A stretch of 64,000 bases of DNA from NCBI RefSeq assembly GCF_028368995.1, contig NZ_JAQNDL010000001.1:2080001-2144000 (forward strand), written 5' to 3'. This DNA is from Nannocystis bainbridge (GTDB lineage Bacteria; Myxococcota_A; Polyangia; Nannocystales; Nannocystaceae). Under the pieces are notes generated by a model. That model was not told the DNA's origin. It made no database searches and worked only from the letters and a program-made list of their open reading frames with translations. Below, piece by piece: positions 50,166 to 60,580 of the stretch (positions within the stretch are counted from its first letter, which is position 1; each line of letters starts with the position of its first letter). Position numbers and translations under genes: made by a program.

Positions 50166-50987
50166 GTGCCTCGCCTCAGCCCGGTCGTCGCCGCCCTCGC
50201 CCTCCTCGCCTGTGCGGCCCCGTTTTGGCCCGCCTCCGAGGCCCACGCCGGCGACTTCCTGCAGCGGCAGCGCCGCTTCCCGCGGGTCGAGGCCGCGCTG
50301 GAGCGCCACCAGGACGCGCTCGTCGACCGCTTCCGCGCCGCTGGCGCGGCGTGGCCCCCGCGCCAGCTCTTCATCCGCAGCTTCAAGGTCGAGGCCGTCA
50401 CCGAGCTGTGGGCCGCGTCTCGAAACGAGGGCGAGCCGCACGTGCTGGTGCGGACCTTCCCGATCTGCCAGAGCAGCGGCGGGCTCGGGCCCAAGCGACG
50501 CATGGGTGACTTGCAGGTCCCCGAGGGTTTCTACCGCGTCAGCCTGTTCAACCCCCGGAGCAGCTACCACCTCTCGCTCGGCGTCAGCTACCCCAACGCC
50601 GCCGATCGCCGGCACAGCGCCGGCCAGCCGCCCGGCAGCGCCATCATGATCCACGGCGACTGCGTCACGATCGGCTGCATCCCGCTCGAGGACGGGCCGA
50701 TCGAAGAGCTCTACCTCGCCGCCGTGTTCGCCCGCGACGCCGGCCAGCGCGACATCCCGATCCACATCTTCCCGTGCCGCCTCGACGACCCGACCTGTCA
50801 GGCGCGCCTGGCCACCGAGAGCGCCGCACGGCCCGAGCTCGCCGCGTTCTGGGACGGCCTCGTGCCCGGTTACCTCGCCTTCCTCCAGACCGGCGCCCCG
50901 CCGCGGGTGCTCGCCGACAAGGGCGGCACCTACGAGGTCGCCCCGCCGCCGCGCCCGCGTCGCCCGCTCGTCGCCGCCGGCGAGTGA
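50166..50987 (+). CDS. L,D-transpeptidase family (YafK-like) protein
   Basis: GPKRRMGDLQVPEGFY, SYPNAAD, IMIHGDCVTIGC. Confidence 0.88.
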   Translation: MPRLSPVVAALALLACAAPFWPASEAHAGDFLQRQRRFPRVEAALERHQDALVDRFRAAGAAWPPRQLFIRSFKVEAVTELWAASRNEGEPHVLVRTFPICQSSGGLGPKRRMGDLQVPEGFYRVSLFNPRSSYHLSLGVSYPNAADRRHSAGQPPGSAIMIHGDCVTIGCIPLEDGPIEELYLAAVFARDAGQRDIPIHIFPCRLDDPTCQARLATESAARPELAAFWDGLVPGYLAFLQTGAPPRVLADKGGTYEVAPPPRPRRPLVAAGE

Positions 50988-51137
50988 TATGTCTTTCGGG
51001 ACATGTCGCTCCACACATGTCCCTGACAATTGTTTCACGTCGCTGCGGCGCGATCGGGACCGCCCTGACGCTCGCAGTCACGCCCGGCTGCAGGGACCGG
51101 ACTTGCCGCGGCCCATGAATCGGGCCAGCATGCCCGC

Positions 51138-52781
51138 ATGCTTGTTAGCCTCCATACACGTATCGAGCCGTTGCGGCTCTCGCTCTTCCTTGCGATGGGT
51201 CTGCTCGGCGCGTGCGGCGACGACGGCGGGACCTCGGCGGGGACCGACAGCGGGACCAGCACCGGCACCACGCAATCCCCCACCACCGGCACCACGGCCA
51301 CCGACACCACCGACACCACCGGCGCCCCCACCACCGGCATGACGGGCACCTCGGAGACCGGCACCGACACCACTTCGACGACGACGACCACCACCACTGG
51401 TGAGACCACCGCCGTCAGCGCCACCACCCTCGACACCACGAGCCTCGACACCACCACCAGCGACACCACGACCTCGACCACGAGCGACACCGACGGCCCC
51501 GACCCCGAGTGCACCGTCCTCATGCAGGGCATGACCGATCCGCCCGTGCCGTCGGGGTGGGTCAAGTGCGGCGACAAGCTGCCGCACCGCGTCGAGGAGG
51601 AGGTGTGCCTCGTGCCCGCGCCGCCCGCGAGCTGCCCGCTGGACAATCAGCCGTGCAAGACCAATGACGACTGCACCGAGCTCCCGTTCGGCTCGTGCCA
51701 GTACTTCAACGTCGGCTTCGAGGGCTGCGGCTGCTCGTACGGCTGCGAGACCGACGCCGACTGCGACCCCGGCTTCGTCTGCCGCTGCGGCGGCGACATC
51801 CTCGGCAAGACCTCGCAGTGCGTCGCCTCCGAGTGCACCAGCGACGCCGACTGCGGCGACCAGCTGTGCCAGTTCTCGCAGTCGATGGGCTACGACTGCG
51901 CCCCCGAGGTCATCAACGGCGCCTGCACCACGCCCAACGACCTCTGCGACATGGACCCGCCCTGCGGCGACACGCCGTGCGCCTACAACACCGACAACGA
52001 CGTGTGGGAGTGCTCGCTGGTCGCCTGCGGCCGCCCGTTCATGGTCGACGACCACGCCGTCACCGCGCCCGCCGCGGCGCGCGACGACTGGCGCGCCCTC
52101 GCCTCGGTCGCCTCGGCGCCGGCCGACGTGCGCGCGGCCCTGGCCGCCCACTGGACGCAGATCGCCCTCGCCGAGCACGCCTCGGTCGCCTCGTTCGCCC
52201 GCCACATCCTCCAGCTGCTCGCCGTCGGCGCGCCGCCGGAGTTCGTGCTCGACACCCAGCGGGCCCTCGCCGACGAGGTCGAGCACGCGCGCCTGTGCTT
52301 CGCCCTGGCCAGCAGCTACGGCGGCGCCGGCGTCGGCCCGGGCCCGCTCGCGCAGGCCCACGAGCCCGGCGCCACCGACCTCGAGGCGGTCGTCGCCGCC
52401 GTCATCCGCGAGGCCTGCGTCGGCGAGACGCTCTCGGCCCTCGAGGCGCGCGAGGCCGCCGAGCGGGCCGCCGATCCGGGCCTGCGACGGATCCTCGCCC
52501 GCATCGCCGACGACGAGCAGCGCCACGCCGAGCTCGGCTGGCGGTTCGTCCGCTGGGCCCGCGAGCAGCTGAGCGACGACGCCCGCGAACGCACCGACGC
52601 GGTGTTCGCCGCCGCCGTCGCCGACGCCGCCGCGAGCGCCGGTCACATGTCCCGAGAGCCAGGTACGCCCGAGCTCCGCGCCCACGGCGTCGTCGACGCC
52701 CCGCTGCGCGCCTCGGTGTGGCTGCGCGGCCTCCAGGGCCTGGTCAACCCGGCCGCCGCCGCCCTCCGCGCCGCCGCCTGA
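51138..52781 (+). CDS. Cys-rich lipoprotein with C-terminal ferritin-like domain
   Basis: GACGDD, CGRPF, EHASVASF, DEVEHA, EACVGET, DEQRHA. Confidence 0.88.
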   Translation: MLVSLHTRIEPLRLSLFLAMGLLGACGDDGGTSAGTDSGTSTGTTQSPTTGTTATDTTDTTGAPTTGMTGTSETGTDTTSTTTTTTTGETTAVSATTLDTTSLDTTTSDTTTSTTSDTDGPDPECTVLMQGMTDPPVPSGWVKCGDKLPHRVEEEVCLVPAPPASCPLDNQPCKTNDDCTELPFGSCQYFNVGFEGCGCSYGCETDADCDPGFVCRCGGDILGKTSQCVASECTSDADCGDQLCQFSQSMGYDCAPEVINGACTTPNDLCDMDPPCGDTPCAYNTDNDVWECSLVACGRPFMVDDHAVTAPAAARDDWRALASVASAPADVRAALAAHWTQIALAEHASVASFARHILQLLAVGAPPEFVLDTQRALADEVEHARLCFALASSYGGAGVGPGPLAQAHEPGATDLEAVVAAVIREACVGETLSALEAREAAERAADPGLRRILARIADDEQRHAELGWRFVRWAREQLSDDARERTDAVFAAAVADAAASAGHMSREPGTPELRAHGVVDAPLRASVWLRGLQGLVNPAAAALRAAA

Positions 52782-52814
52782 GCGCCTGTCGCCGAGGGTG
52801 CGCCCTCGGCCCTC

Positions 52815-52898
52815 TGTCACATCAGACATGCTCCAAAGCGCATGTCCGATGTGACATGTCGCCTGGAGCATGCCCCTTCGGGCATGTCCCTTCGGCCT
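52815..52898. repeat. Six tandem 14-bp palindromic units
   Basis: Units at 52815, 52829, 52843, 52857, 52871, 52885. Confidence 0.85.
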
Positions 52899-53497
52899 CA
52901 GCGCGCCTTGCCCAGCACAGCCGCCATCTGCGCGTCGTCGGCGTAGAACTCCGCCACGCCGCTGCAGTCCGCGATCGACTCGGCCAGCGCGCCGGGGTTG
53001 TGGACCCCGTGGGCCAGCAGGTGGGCCAGCCGACCCTCGACCTGCGCGCGCGAGCGCGGCGTCACCAGCTCGAGCAGCCCCTCGGCCAGCAGGGCGGCCA
53101 CGATCGCGGTCGCCCGCCGATCGGCCGCGTCGTCCGGCGCCGCCGTGTCGCCCCCCTCGTCCTCCTCCTCGAGCCCGAGCACGGCAGCCACGTGCATCAG
53201 GACGCCCTCCGCCGTCGCCTGCGGATCGTCGTCGTCCTCGTCCTCCTCGTCCTCCTCGGCCTCGTCCTCGGCATCCTCGGCCTCGAGCGGCGGGGGCGGC
53301 TCGGCGAAGCACTGCACCCCGGTCGCCGAGATCACGACCACCAGCCCCGCCGGCGCGACGAAGCGGAGCTCCTGCTCGCCGCGACCGCCGACCACCGAGC
53401 ACACCGGGAACGCCTCCGTCACCGCCTCGGCCAGCGCGATCGGGTTGACCTGCGTGTCCTTCGGGAACGCCATCGACTCGAGCAAGCGTCGCGTCAT
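52898..53497 (-). CDS. Acidic hypothetical protein
   Basis: Good codon usage, D/E tract; start uncertain (53473, 53497 or 53509). Confidence 0.7.
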   Translation of the reverse strand: MTRRLLESMAFPKDTQVNPIALAEAVTEAFPVCSVVGGRGEQELRFVAPAGLVVVISATGVQCFAEPPPPLEAEDAEDEAEEDEEDEDDDDPQATAEGVLMHVAAVLGLEEEDEGGDTAAPDDAADRRATAIVAALLAEGLLELVTPRSRAQVEGRLAHLLAHGVHNPGALAESIADCSGVAEFYADDAQMAAVLGKAR

Positions 53498-53871
53498 GGG
53501 CCGCAGCATACCGCGTCCAGCCGCGCAGCGCCCGATCTGTCCTCCGGGACAGCCCCATCGAACCAGCGGCCGCGGCCGGACCGCAGCACCTCGCGCCGAT
53601 CGACGCGCAGGCGCCGGCGCACGATCCCCCGGCCAAGGGATGGCAGATCCGCCGATCCTTGCGCGCGACCGCCAGCCGCACGGACCCCAGGACCCCCCTC
53701 CGACCTCGCTCGCACCGGAGCGCGAGCCAGCGCGACCCCAGCCACGGCATCCGCACGTCACGCGCCCGCGCGCCAGCGACAGGGTCCATGACCCCCGGTG
53801 AGCGCCAGCGAGCGGCCTCCGCGCGCGCGCTTCATCGCCGGCTGCGATCCGTGGCATCCTCGGCCTGACGC

Positions 53872-54666
53872 ATGCTCGAGGCCCTGGCCATCGACCCGCT
53901 GAGCGCCTCGACCTCGCTGCTCGGCCGCCTGTTCCCGGTGGTCTATCTCGGCGGCCTGGTCGCGCTCGGACTCCTGATCTCGTTCGTGCTGCGCAAGCTC
54001 TCGGCCGTCGAGACCTTCCGCCAGGTGCACCCGTGGATCCCGCTGCTCCACCTCGCGGTGTGGGTGCCGCTGGTGTGGCTGCTGCAGCACCGCTTCGTGC
54101 CCGCGGCCAGCACCGCCGACTGGTGGTCGCGCGGCCTGTGGCTGCTGCTGTTCGCCGCCGCCGGGCTGCCGTGGTTGCGCAGCGTGTTCCTCGGGGTCGT
54201 GTTCGCCGTCGAGGCTCGCTACAAGATCGGCGACGACCTCCGCGTCGGCGACATCGAGGGTCGGCTCGTCGGCGTCGGCCTGCGCGCGATCACCCTGCGT
54301 GGCCTCGCCGGCGTCGACGCCACCATCCCCTACGAGCGCCTGCTCCGCGAGCCCGTCGTGCGCCTCAACCTCGGCGAGCACGACACCCCCTGCGACCTCA
54401 TCCTCGACGTGCCCGCCGGCATCGTCCCCGCGCGCGCCGCCGAGCTCGCCCGCCAGGCCGCGGCGCTCAGCCGCTACGCCTCGCCGCGCCGCCCCCCCGA
54501 GGTCTTCCTCGCCCCGCGCCAGGGCAGCGCCCTCGACCTGCAGCTGCGCGTGCGCGGCTACCTCTACGACCGCGAGCACGACGACCGCTTCCGCAGCGAC
54601 CTCGTCGAGCGCATCCACGCCGCCTTCACCGCCGAGCTCGAAGCGCTGGCCCGCCGCTCGCCGTGA
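53872..54666 (+). CDS. MscS-domain membrane protein
   Basis: Three TM helices followed by YKIGDDLRVGDIEGRLVGVGLR. Confidence 0.8.
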   Translation: MLEALAIDPLSASTSLLGRLFPVVYLGGLVALGLLISFVLRKLSAVETFRQVHPWIPLLHLAVWVPLVWLLQHRFVPAASTADWWSRGLWLLLFAAAGLPWLRSVFLGVVFAVEARYKIGDDLRVGDIEGRLVGVGLRAITLRGLAGVDATIPYERLLREPVVRLNLGEHDTPCDLILDVPAGIVPARAAELARQAAALSRYASPRRPPEVFLAPRQGSALDLQLRVRGYLYDREHDDRFRSDLVERIHAAFTAELEALARRSP

Positions 54667-54828
54667 CGTCCGCCTCGACCAGCGCACCCCGCGAGCGCCC
54701 CTTCGTCGCCGGGCTGGACCCGCTCGCCGTGACGCCGCTCGCCGCGAGGCCACCCCGCGAGCGCCTGCGAATCACCGCCTCGCGCATCCTCGTCCCCCCG
54801 CGCCGGTGAGCGCGCGTCTTCGGCTCGC

Positions 54829-55536
54829 ATGCGAATCGCCGCGCTCAGCGACTTCCACATCGGCGCGCGCGCCGGCATGGACGAGTTTCGCCACGACGAG
54901 GCCGCCTTCCTCGAGAGGCTCGCCCGCGTCGTCGGCGAGCACGACCGCGTCGTCCTCGTCGGCGACATCTGGCAGACCGACCACGACCTGTTCCCCGGCC
55001 CGCGCGCCGCGGCCCGCCAGCTCCACCTCGCGCGCCGCCGGCTGCCACGGCTGACCCGCGCCCTCGACCGCCTCGACTACGTCCACGGCAACCACGACTT
55101 CATCGCCCGCGACGAGCTCGGCGCCGCCGCCGAGCTGCAGATCGACGCTGACGGGTGCCGGGTCCTGTTTCGCCACGGTCACCAGCACGACCCCGTGTTC
55201 GCCCGCGCCTACCGGGCCGCCCGCGCCGCCACGTGGTTCACCGGCCGCCTGCGCCGCGCCGGCCTCGGCCCGCTCGCCCACTACTTCGAGCAGCAGGACG
55301 TCGCCATCAAGCACCGCCGCTTCGGCCACGCCGCCGGCCCCTACGCCGCCGCCGCCCGGGCCCTCATGCGCGAGCGCGGCGCCGATCTCGTGGTCATGGG
55401 CCACACCCACGTCGCCCACGTCCATTACCTGTCCGAAGGGACAGTCGTCAACACCGGCACCTGCTCGGCCGGCCGCTTCACCGTCGTCACCATCGACACC
55501 GCCGCCCGCGCCGCCAGCATCACCCACGATCGGTGA
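54829..55536 (+). CDS. Metallophosphoesterase (LpxH-like)
   Basis: SDFH, VGD, GNHD, HGH, GHTH. Confidence 0.88.
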   Translation: MRIAALSDFHIGARAGMDEFRHDEAAFLERLARVVGEHDRVVLVGDIWQTDHDLFPGPRAAARQLHLARRRLPRLTRALDRLDYVHGNHDFIARDELGAAAELQIDADGCRVLFRHGHQHDPVFARAYRAARAATWFTGRLRRAGLGPLAHYFEQQDVAIKHRRFGHAAGPYAAAARALMRERGADLVVMGHTHVAHVHYLSEGTVVNTGTCSAGRFTVVTIDTAARAASITHDR

Positions 55537-55570
55537 CCTGTCCCCGGGGACATCCTCTCCTGCGCCGCGC

Positions 55571-56323
55571 ATGCAGCTGCCCCGCGTCACCTCCGCCTCC
55601 GTCTGGCCGCCCGTGCTCGTCACCGCCGGTCCAGGCGCGCGCAGCGAGGCGCACGCGCACCACGCCATGCACCTCGTGCTCGCGCGCGGCGGCACCCTCG
55701 CCATCACCGTCGGCGACACCACCGTGCGGGCCGCAGGCATCGTCACCGCGCCCGACCACGAGCACGCCCTCGACGCGCGCGGCGTCGACATCGTCCTCGT
55801 CTTCTTCGACCCCGAGAGCGACGCCGGCGAGCGCCTGCGCGCCGGCCTCGACGCGCCGGTCCGCACCCTCGACGCCGGCGAGCGCGACGGTCTGCTCGCC
55901 GATCTGCCCGGCGACGCCGACCCCGAGCCGCTCCACGCCTGGGGTCACGCCGCCGCCGAGCGCCTGTCCCGAGAGACAGCCACGCCGCGCGCCCTCCACC
56001 CGCGCGTGCGCAAGCTGCTCCGCGCCCTGCGCAGCGCCGCCCCCGAAGCCGACACGTCCTTGCCGGCCCTCGCCGCCCTCGCCGGTCTGTCCGAGAGCCG
56101 GCTCGTGCACGCCTTCCGCGACTCGGTCGGCATCCCCCTGCGTCCGTACCTCCTGTGGCAGAAGCTGCAGCGCGCCGTGGTCGCCATGGCTTGCGGCGAA
56201 CCGCTGGCCCGCGCCGCTCACTCGGCCGGCTTCGCCGACGCCGCCCACATGAGCCGCACCTTCCGCCGCATGTTCGGCATGACCGCCTCGGAGCTGCAGC
56301 GCAGCCTCCCGCGCCCCGCGTAG
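55571..56323 (+). CDS. AraC-family regulator
   Basis: HAHHA, LSESRLVHAF, AGFADAAHMSRTFRRMFG. Confidence 0.9.
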   Translation: MQLPRVTSASVWPPVLVTAGPGARSEAHAHHAMHLVLARGGTLAITVGDTTVRAAGIVTAPDHEHALDARGVDIVLVFFDPESDAGERLRAGLDAPVRTLDAGERDGLLADLPGDADPEPLHAWGHAAAERLSRETATPRALHPRVRKLLRALRSAAPEADTSLPALAALAGLSESRLVHAFRDSVGIPLRPYLLWQKLQRAVVAMACGEPLARAAHSAGFADAAHMSRTFRRMFGMTASELQRSLPRPA

Positions 56324-56421
56324 CCCCGCGCGCAGCAGCCGTCGCGCGCCACGAGCACCCCTTGCCGATCGTAGCCAGTCCGTTCAAGCCGCCCGCCCGG
56401 CGCCCGCGCTACACCCTCCGC

Positions 56422-56769
56422 ATGCGCCCCGACCTCCTCGCCTGGCAGTTCGAGCACTACCCGCTGAACCACGCCGACCGCGCCAACCTCGCGCTGCACG
56501 CCGTGTCCGTCCCGCTGGTCCTGCTGGGCCTGCCCACCTTCGCGCTCGCCCTCGCCAGCGGCCGCTTCGCCCTCGCGGGCGCCGGCCTCGGCCTAGCGAT
56601 CCTCGCCGTCGCCGCCCAGGGCCGCGGGCACCGCCGCGAAGCCCACGCCCCGGCCCCGTTCCTCTCGCGCGGCGACATGCTGGCCCGCCTGATGGCCGAG
56701 CAGTTCGTCACCTTCCCGCGCTTCGTCCTGTCCGGCGGCTTCGCCCGCGCCTGGCGCTCCGCCGCCTGA
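56422..56769 (+). CDS. DUF962/Mpo1-like membrane protein
   Basis: YPLNH...NLALH...QGRGH..E. Confidence 0.8.
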   Translation: MRPDLLAWQFEHYPLNHADRANLALHAVSVPLVLLGLPTFALALASGRFALAGAGLGLAILAVAAQGRGHRREAHAPAPFLSRGDMLARLMAEQFVTFPRFVLSGGFARAWRSAA

Positions 56770-56778
56770 GCAGCGGCA

Positions 56779-56848
56779 TGCATCTCGGGACATGCCCGAT
56801 CGGCCATGCCCGAATGCACATGGCCGATCGAACCTGCCCGATCGGCCA
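56779..56848. repeat. Five tandem 14-bp palindromic units
   Basis: Units at 56779, 56793, 56807, 56821, 56835, often with a CGATCG centre. Confidence 0.8.
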
Positions 56849-56861
56849 TATCCTGGACGCC

Positions 56862-57281
56862 TCAACCGGAGCGCGCGAGCCCTTGCATCTCGGGGTACTT
56901 CGCCGCGACCTCCTGGACATCCGGCGGGAAGTCGGCCAGCTCCTGCACGCGGCGGACCTCGATCACCTCGTTGTCGCCGGCCGGGCAGCGCGACGCCCAC
57001 GCGATCGCCTCCTCGCGCGACGCCACGTCGATCATCCAGTAGCCGCCGAGCACCTCCTTGGCCTCGGCGAACGGCCCGTCGGTCACCTTCGGCTTGCCGC
57101 CGGAGAACGACACCCGCGCCCCCGTCGACGGCGGGTGCAGCCCGTCGAGCGCCAGCAGCACCCCGGCCCGCTGCAGCGACTCGTTGTAGGCCATCATCGA
57201 GGCGACGGCCTCGGCGCTCGGCGCCTCGTCGGGCGCGGCGGCCTCGTAACCCCTGGGGATCATCAGCATCATGAATCGCAT
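56862..57281 (-). CDS. YciI-family protein
   Basis: TDGPFAEAKEVLGGYW, IEVRR. Confidence 0.9.
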   Translation of the reverse strand: MRFMMLMIPRGYEAAAPDEAPSAEAVASMMAYNESLQRAGVLLALDGLHPPSTGARVSFSGGKPKVTDGPFAEAKEVLGGYWMIDVASREEAIAWASRCPAGDNEVIEVRRVQELADFPPDVQEVAAKYPEMQGLARSG

Positions 57282-57411
57282 CGTCGTGGTCCTCTCCGTC
57301 GTCGTGGTGGGTCGGGCTCCCGGTCCGGTCCGGCCCGCACACCCCCACGTCGAACGGCCCCCGCCGCGATCGACACACCGCTAAAAAATTGTTCGCCCGG
57401 GCGCGGCGGCC

Positions 57412-58143
57412 TCACCCGTCGCGCGACGACACCTGCTCGACGCGGTCCTCTTCCTGGCACCACGCCGTCAGCGGCCCGCCGTACACGCAGCCCGAGTCGA
57501 GGCCCATCGATTTCGGCCCGCGGTAGTGGCCGCGCCACGCCCAGTGGCCGTGGATCACCATCGGCTCGCCGCGGTAGAACTCGTCCCACGGGCGATACGG
57601 CGGCGGGCAGTCCTCGGCCTTGCGATCGAACTTGCTGCGCTCGCCGGAAGCGGTGCAGCAGCGCACCCGCGTCATGAACGACAGCTCCGGCGACTCCAGC
57701 CACGCGTCGTCGTGCGCGGCTCCGTTGACCCGCGCCGCGACCGCGTGCAGGTCGGTCCAGCGCGGATGAAAGCCGGCGTGCACCGCCCACACGTCCGGCC
57801 CCTTCGAGCCCGGCGCGGCGGGCAAGAACTGCAGGCCCGGCATCGCGCGCAGGCGGGCGAGCAGCGCGGGCCCCTCGGGCGCGGCGAGCAGCGGCCCGAG
57901 CGTGTCGTGCTTGCGCGGCCATCGCCCGGCCGCGACCAGCAGCGCGTAGACGTCGTGGTTGCCGACCACGCCGCGCCCGCCGACGTCGCGCCACAAGCGG
58001 ACGGCCGCGAGCGAGTCCGGGCCGCGGTTGACAAGGTCGCCGAGGCACCACAACTCGTCGGCCTGCGGGTCGAAGCGGATCTTCCGCAACAGGTCCTCGA
58101 ACTCCCGGGCGCAACCTTGAAGGTCGCCGATGAACCACCGCAT
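57412..58143 (-). CDS. apaH: Symmetrical bis(5'-nucleosyl)-tetraphosphatase
   Basis: IGDLQGC, GDLVNRGPDSL, GNHD, GHWA, LDSGCVYGG. Confidence 0.88.
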   Translation of the reverse strand: MRWFIGDLQGCAREFEDLLRKIRFDPQADELWCLGDLVNRGPDSLAAVRLWRDVGGRGVVGNHDVYALLVAAGRWPRKHDTLGPLLAAPEGPALLARLRAMPGLQFLPAAPGSKGPDVWAVHAGFHPRWTDLHAVAARVNGAAHDDAWLESPELSFMTRVRCCTASGERSKFDRKAEDCPPPYRPWDEFYRGEPMVIHGHWAWRGHYRGPKSMGLDSGCVYGGPLTAWCQEEDRVEQVSSRDG

Positions 58144-58250
58144 CGTCCTGGATTGTAGCCGCCTTCCCCCATGTCGGGCGCGCGCGGGCACAAGACCTTG
58201 CCGACAAACGAGCTCGGCTGTATAGGCGAACGCGGGAGGCTATTACCCGT

Positions 58251-59378
58251 ATGCGAACCGTTTGTTCGAGCCACGCCGGCCGCGTCTGCGTCCTCGCCGC
58301 GCTCACCCTCACCGTCGCGGCTTGCGGCGACGACGCCAGCACCACAGGGGCCACCGGCACGCCGACCACCGCCCCGACCACGCTGCCGCCGCTCACCACC
58401 ACCGACGACTCCGCCGGCACCACCGATCCAGGCACCGGCAGCGGCACCGACACGGGCGCCTCCGCCACCTCGACCGGCAACCTCCCCACCACCACCGGCG
58501 GCAGCGACACCGGCGGGATCAAGCTCGACCTCGGCCAGCCCGATTTCCCGAACGACCCGACAGGCGACACCGACGCCGCCAAGGGCTGCACCGCCGTCGA
58601 CCTCCTGTTCGTGATCGACAACTCCGCGTCGATGGGCCAGCACCAGGAGGACCTGAGCGCGGTCTTCCCCGACTTCGTCGACGCCATCATCGACGCCCTC
58701 CCGCCCGGCACCGACCTGCACGTCGGCCTGACGACGACTTCGTTCTACGACGGCGGCTGCTCGGAGAGCACGGTCAACTGCGTCAGCCAGTCGAGCGAGC
58801 AGGAGATCCTCCAGCACTACGTCGCGCCGCCCGCGAGCACCAACGAGAACGGCGGCCAGGGTCGCCTGTTCGAGTGGCAAGGTCAGCACTACTTCTCGCT
58901 CGACACCGACGAGGACCCATCCGCGCTCAAGTCGTGGTTCACCGCCGCAGCGACCGCCGCCGGCGAGACCGGCTGCTCGTTCGAGATGCCGGCCGCCGCC
59001 GCCGGCTGGGCCGCCGACCCCGCGACAGCCCCGACCAACGACGGCTTCATCCGCGACGCCGGCGCAGTGCTGGTCGTCTTCGTGCTCACCGACGAGCCCG
59101 ACAAGTCGCCCGAGCCCGTCAGCCAGTGGGTCGACAAGTTGGTCGCCGCCAAACAAGCGTGCGGCGGCCTCGACTGCATCCTCGCCTCGGGCCTGGTCCC
59201 CGGCTTCTGCTACGACAACCCCGGCGACTCGACCCTCAAGACCTTCCTCCAGTCGTTCTCGGCCCCGCCCTTCACCGGCGACATCGACGGCAACCCCAGC
59301 GACTACGCGATGGTGGTCGGCGACGCCCTCGCGGGGGTGATCCAGGAGAAGTGCGAAGAGATCGAGCCGCCGGCCTGA
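58251..59378 (+). CDS. Lipoprotein with vWA-like domain
   Basis: AACGDD, DLLFVIDNSASM, LTDEPD. Confidence 0.85.
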   Translation: MRTVCSSHAGRVCVLAALTLTVAACGDDASTTGATGTPTTAPTTLPPLTTTDDSAGTTDPGTGSGTDTGASATSTGNLPTTTGGSDTGGIKLDLGQPDFPNDPTGDTDAAKGCTAVDLLFVIDNSASMGQHQEDLSAVFPDFVDAIIDALPPGTDLHVGLTTTSFYDGGCSESTVNCVSQSSEQEILQHYVAPPASTNENGGQGRLFEWQGQHYFSLDTDEDPSALKSWFTAAATAAGETGCSFEMPAAAAGWAADPATAPTNDGFIRDAGAVLVVFVLTDEPDKSPEPVSQWVDKLVAAKQACGGLDCILASGLVPGFCYDNPGDSTLKTFLQSFSAPPFTGDIDGNPSDYAMVVGDALAGVIQEKCEEIEPPA

Positions 59379-59435
59379 TCTTCACTTCACCCGGGACAAA
59401 CCGCGGCGGGTCGCATCGGCACCAGGGGGCGGAGT

Positions 59436-60005
59436 TCAGCCCGACGCCCGCAGCGCTGCCAGCGTGAGCTGCACCCGTCGCCGCAATGCCGCCTGGGACG
59501 GCAGCGTGTGCGCGTCGCTGAGCGCTGCGATACAGAAGGCGGCCAGCTCGGGCGGCGCGACGTCCTCACGCACCAGTCGTGGCTCGATCGCGTCCTCCAG
59601 CAGCGCTTGCAGGAGCTGGTGGAGCCGCTGAAACCCGCGCGCCACCGACTCGCTGTGCCGCATCCGGGCGACCAGCTCCGAGCCGTGCTCGGCGTGGGCC
59701 AGCCGCGCGTAGGTCTCCAGCACGCGCTCCAGACGCTGCCACGGCGTGCCCTGGCGGTCACGCGCGGCCTCCAGCGCGGCCAGATGACTCGCCACGTCGC
59801 GCTCGTGGAGCGCTACCAGCACCTCGTCGAGCTCGCGAAAGTACTTGTAGAGCGTCGCGCGACCGATGCCCGCGCGCTCGGCGATGGCCAGCATGGTCGT
59901 GGCGCCCAGCCCCTGCTCGCCGATCAGCGCGGCCGTCGCGTCGAGGATCGCCACCTGCATGTCGCGTCGGTGCAGCTCGATGGTGTCCGCCCAGATCTTC
60001 GGCAC
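59436..60005 (-). CDS. TetR-family regulator
   Basis: PKIWADTI...IAERAGIGRATLYKYF; GTG start inferred. Confidence 0.88.
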   Translation of the reverse strand: MPKIWADTIELHRRDMQVAILDATAALIGEQGLGATTMLAIAERAGIGRATLYKYFRELDEVLVALHERDVASHLAALEAARDRQGTPWQRLERVLETYARLAHAEHGSELVARMRHSESVARGFQRLHQLLQALLEDAIEPRLVREDVAPPELAAFCIAALSDAHTLPSQAALRRRVQLTLAALRASG

Positions 60006-60044
60006 CGGCGCAGCATAGCGCGTCGCCGTCCGCGGCCGGATGTT

Positions 60045-60090
60045 TTTAGACATGATGAATTTGACAGTAGACATCGTGTCTTGATAAACG
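60045..60090. promoter_or_regulatory. Divergent promoter with putative TetR operator
   Basis: TTGACA at 60061 followed by the palindrome AGACA-TCG-TGTCT at 60069-60081. Confidence 0.55.
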
Positions 60091-60095
60091 ATCGC

Positions 60096-60446
60096 ATGCT
60101 CACGATCCTGGCGTTCCTGGCCAAGCGGCCCGACCTCACGAACGAGGCGTTCGTCGACCATTACGAGAACCACCACGTGCCGCTCATCTGCCGGCTGGTG
60201 GGTTCGCCGCCGGTCTATCGTCGCAGCTACCTGCGGCACGACGACGCCCTGCTGCCCGGCGCGGCGATCGGCTTCGATGTGGTCACCGAGCAGAAATTCG
60301 CCGATCGTGGAGCACTGGACGCGTGGCTGGCGGCGGTGTCACGACCCGAGGTGGCCGCGCAGGTGCGCGCCGACGAGGAGAGCTTCCTCGACCACCGGCA
60401 CTACTTCGCCTACATCGTCGAGGAGCACGTCACGACGGGCGCATGA
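60096..60446 (+). CDS. EthD-domain protein
   Basis: KRPDLTNEAFVDHYENHHVPL...FDVVTE...DEESF. Confidence 0.85.
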   Translation: MLTILAFLAKRPDLTNEAFVDHYENHHVPLICRLVGSPPVYRRSYLRHDDALLPGAAIGFDVVTEQKFADRGALDAWLAAVSRPEVAAQVRADEESFLDHRHYFAYIVEEHVTTGA

Positions 60447-60580
60447 GGGCGCGACTCGTGGCGACGACGACATCGCCCTCATCGCACGCACGCGCCCCGT
60501 CTGCGGGCGAATGCGCGCGACTTCACGACCGCGTCACGGGTTTGCAACGACTTCGGCTTCCGCACTACGCTCGAACACGT

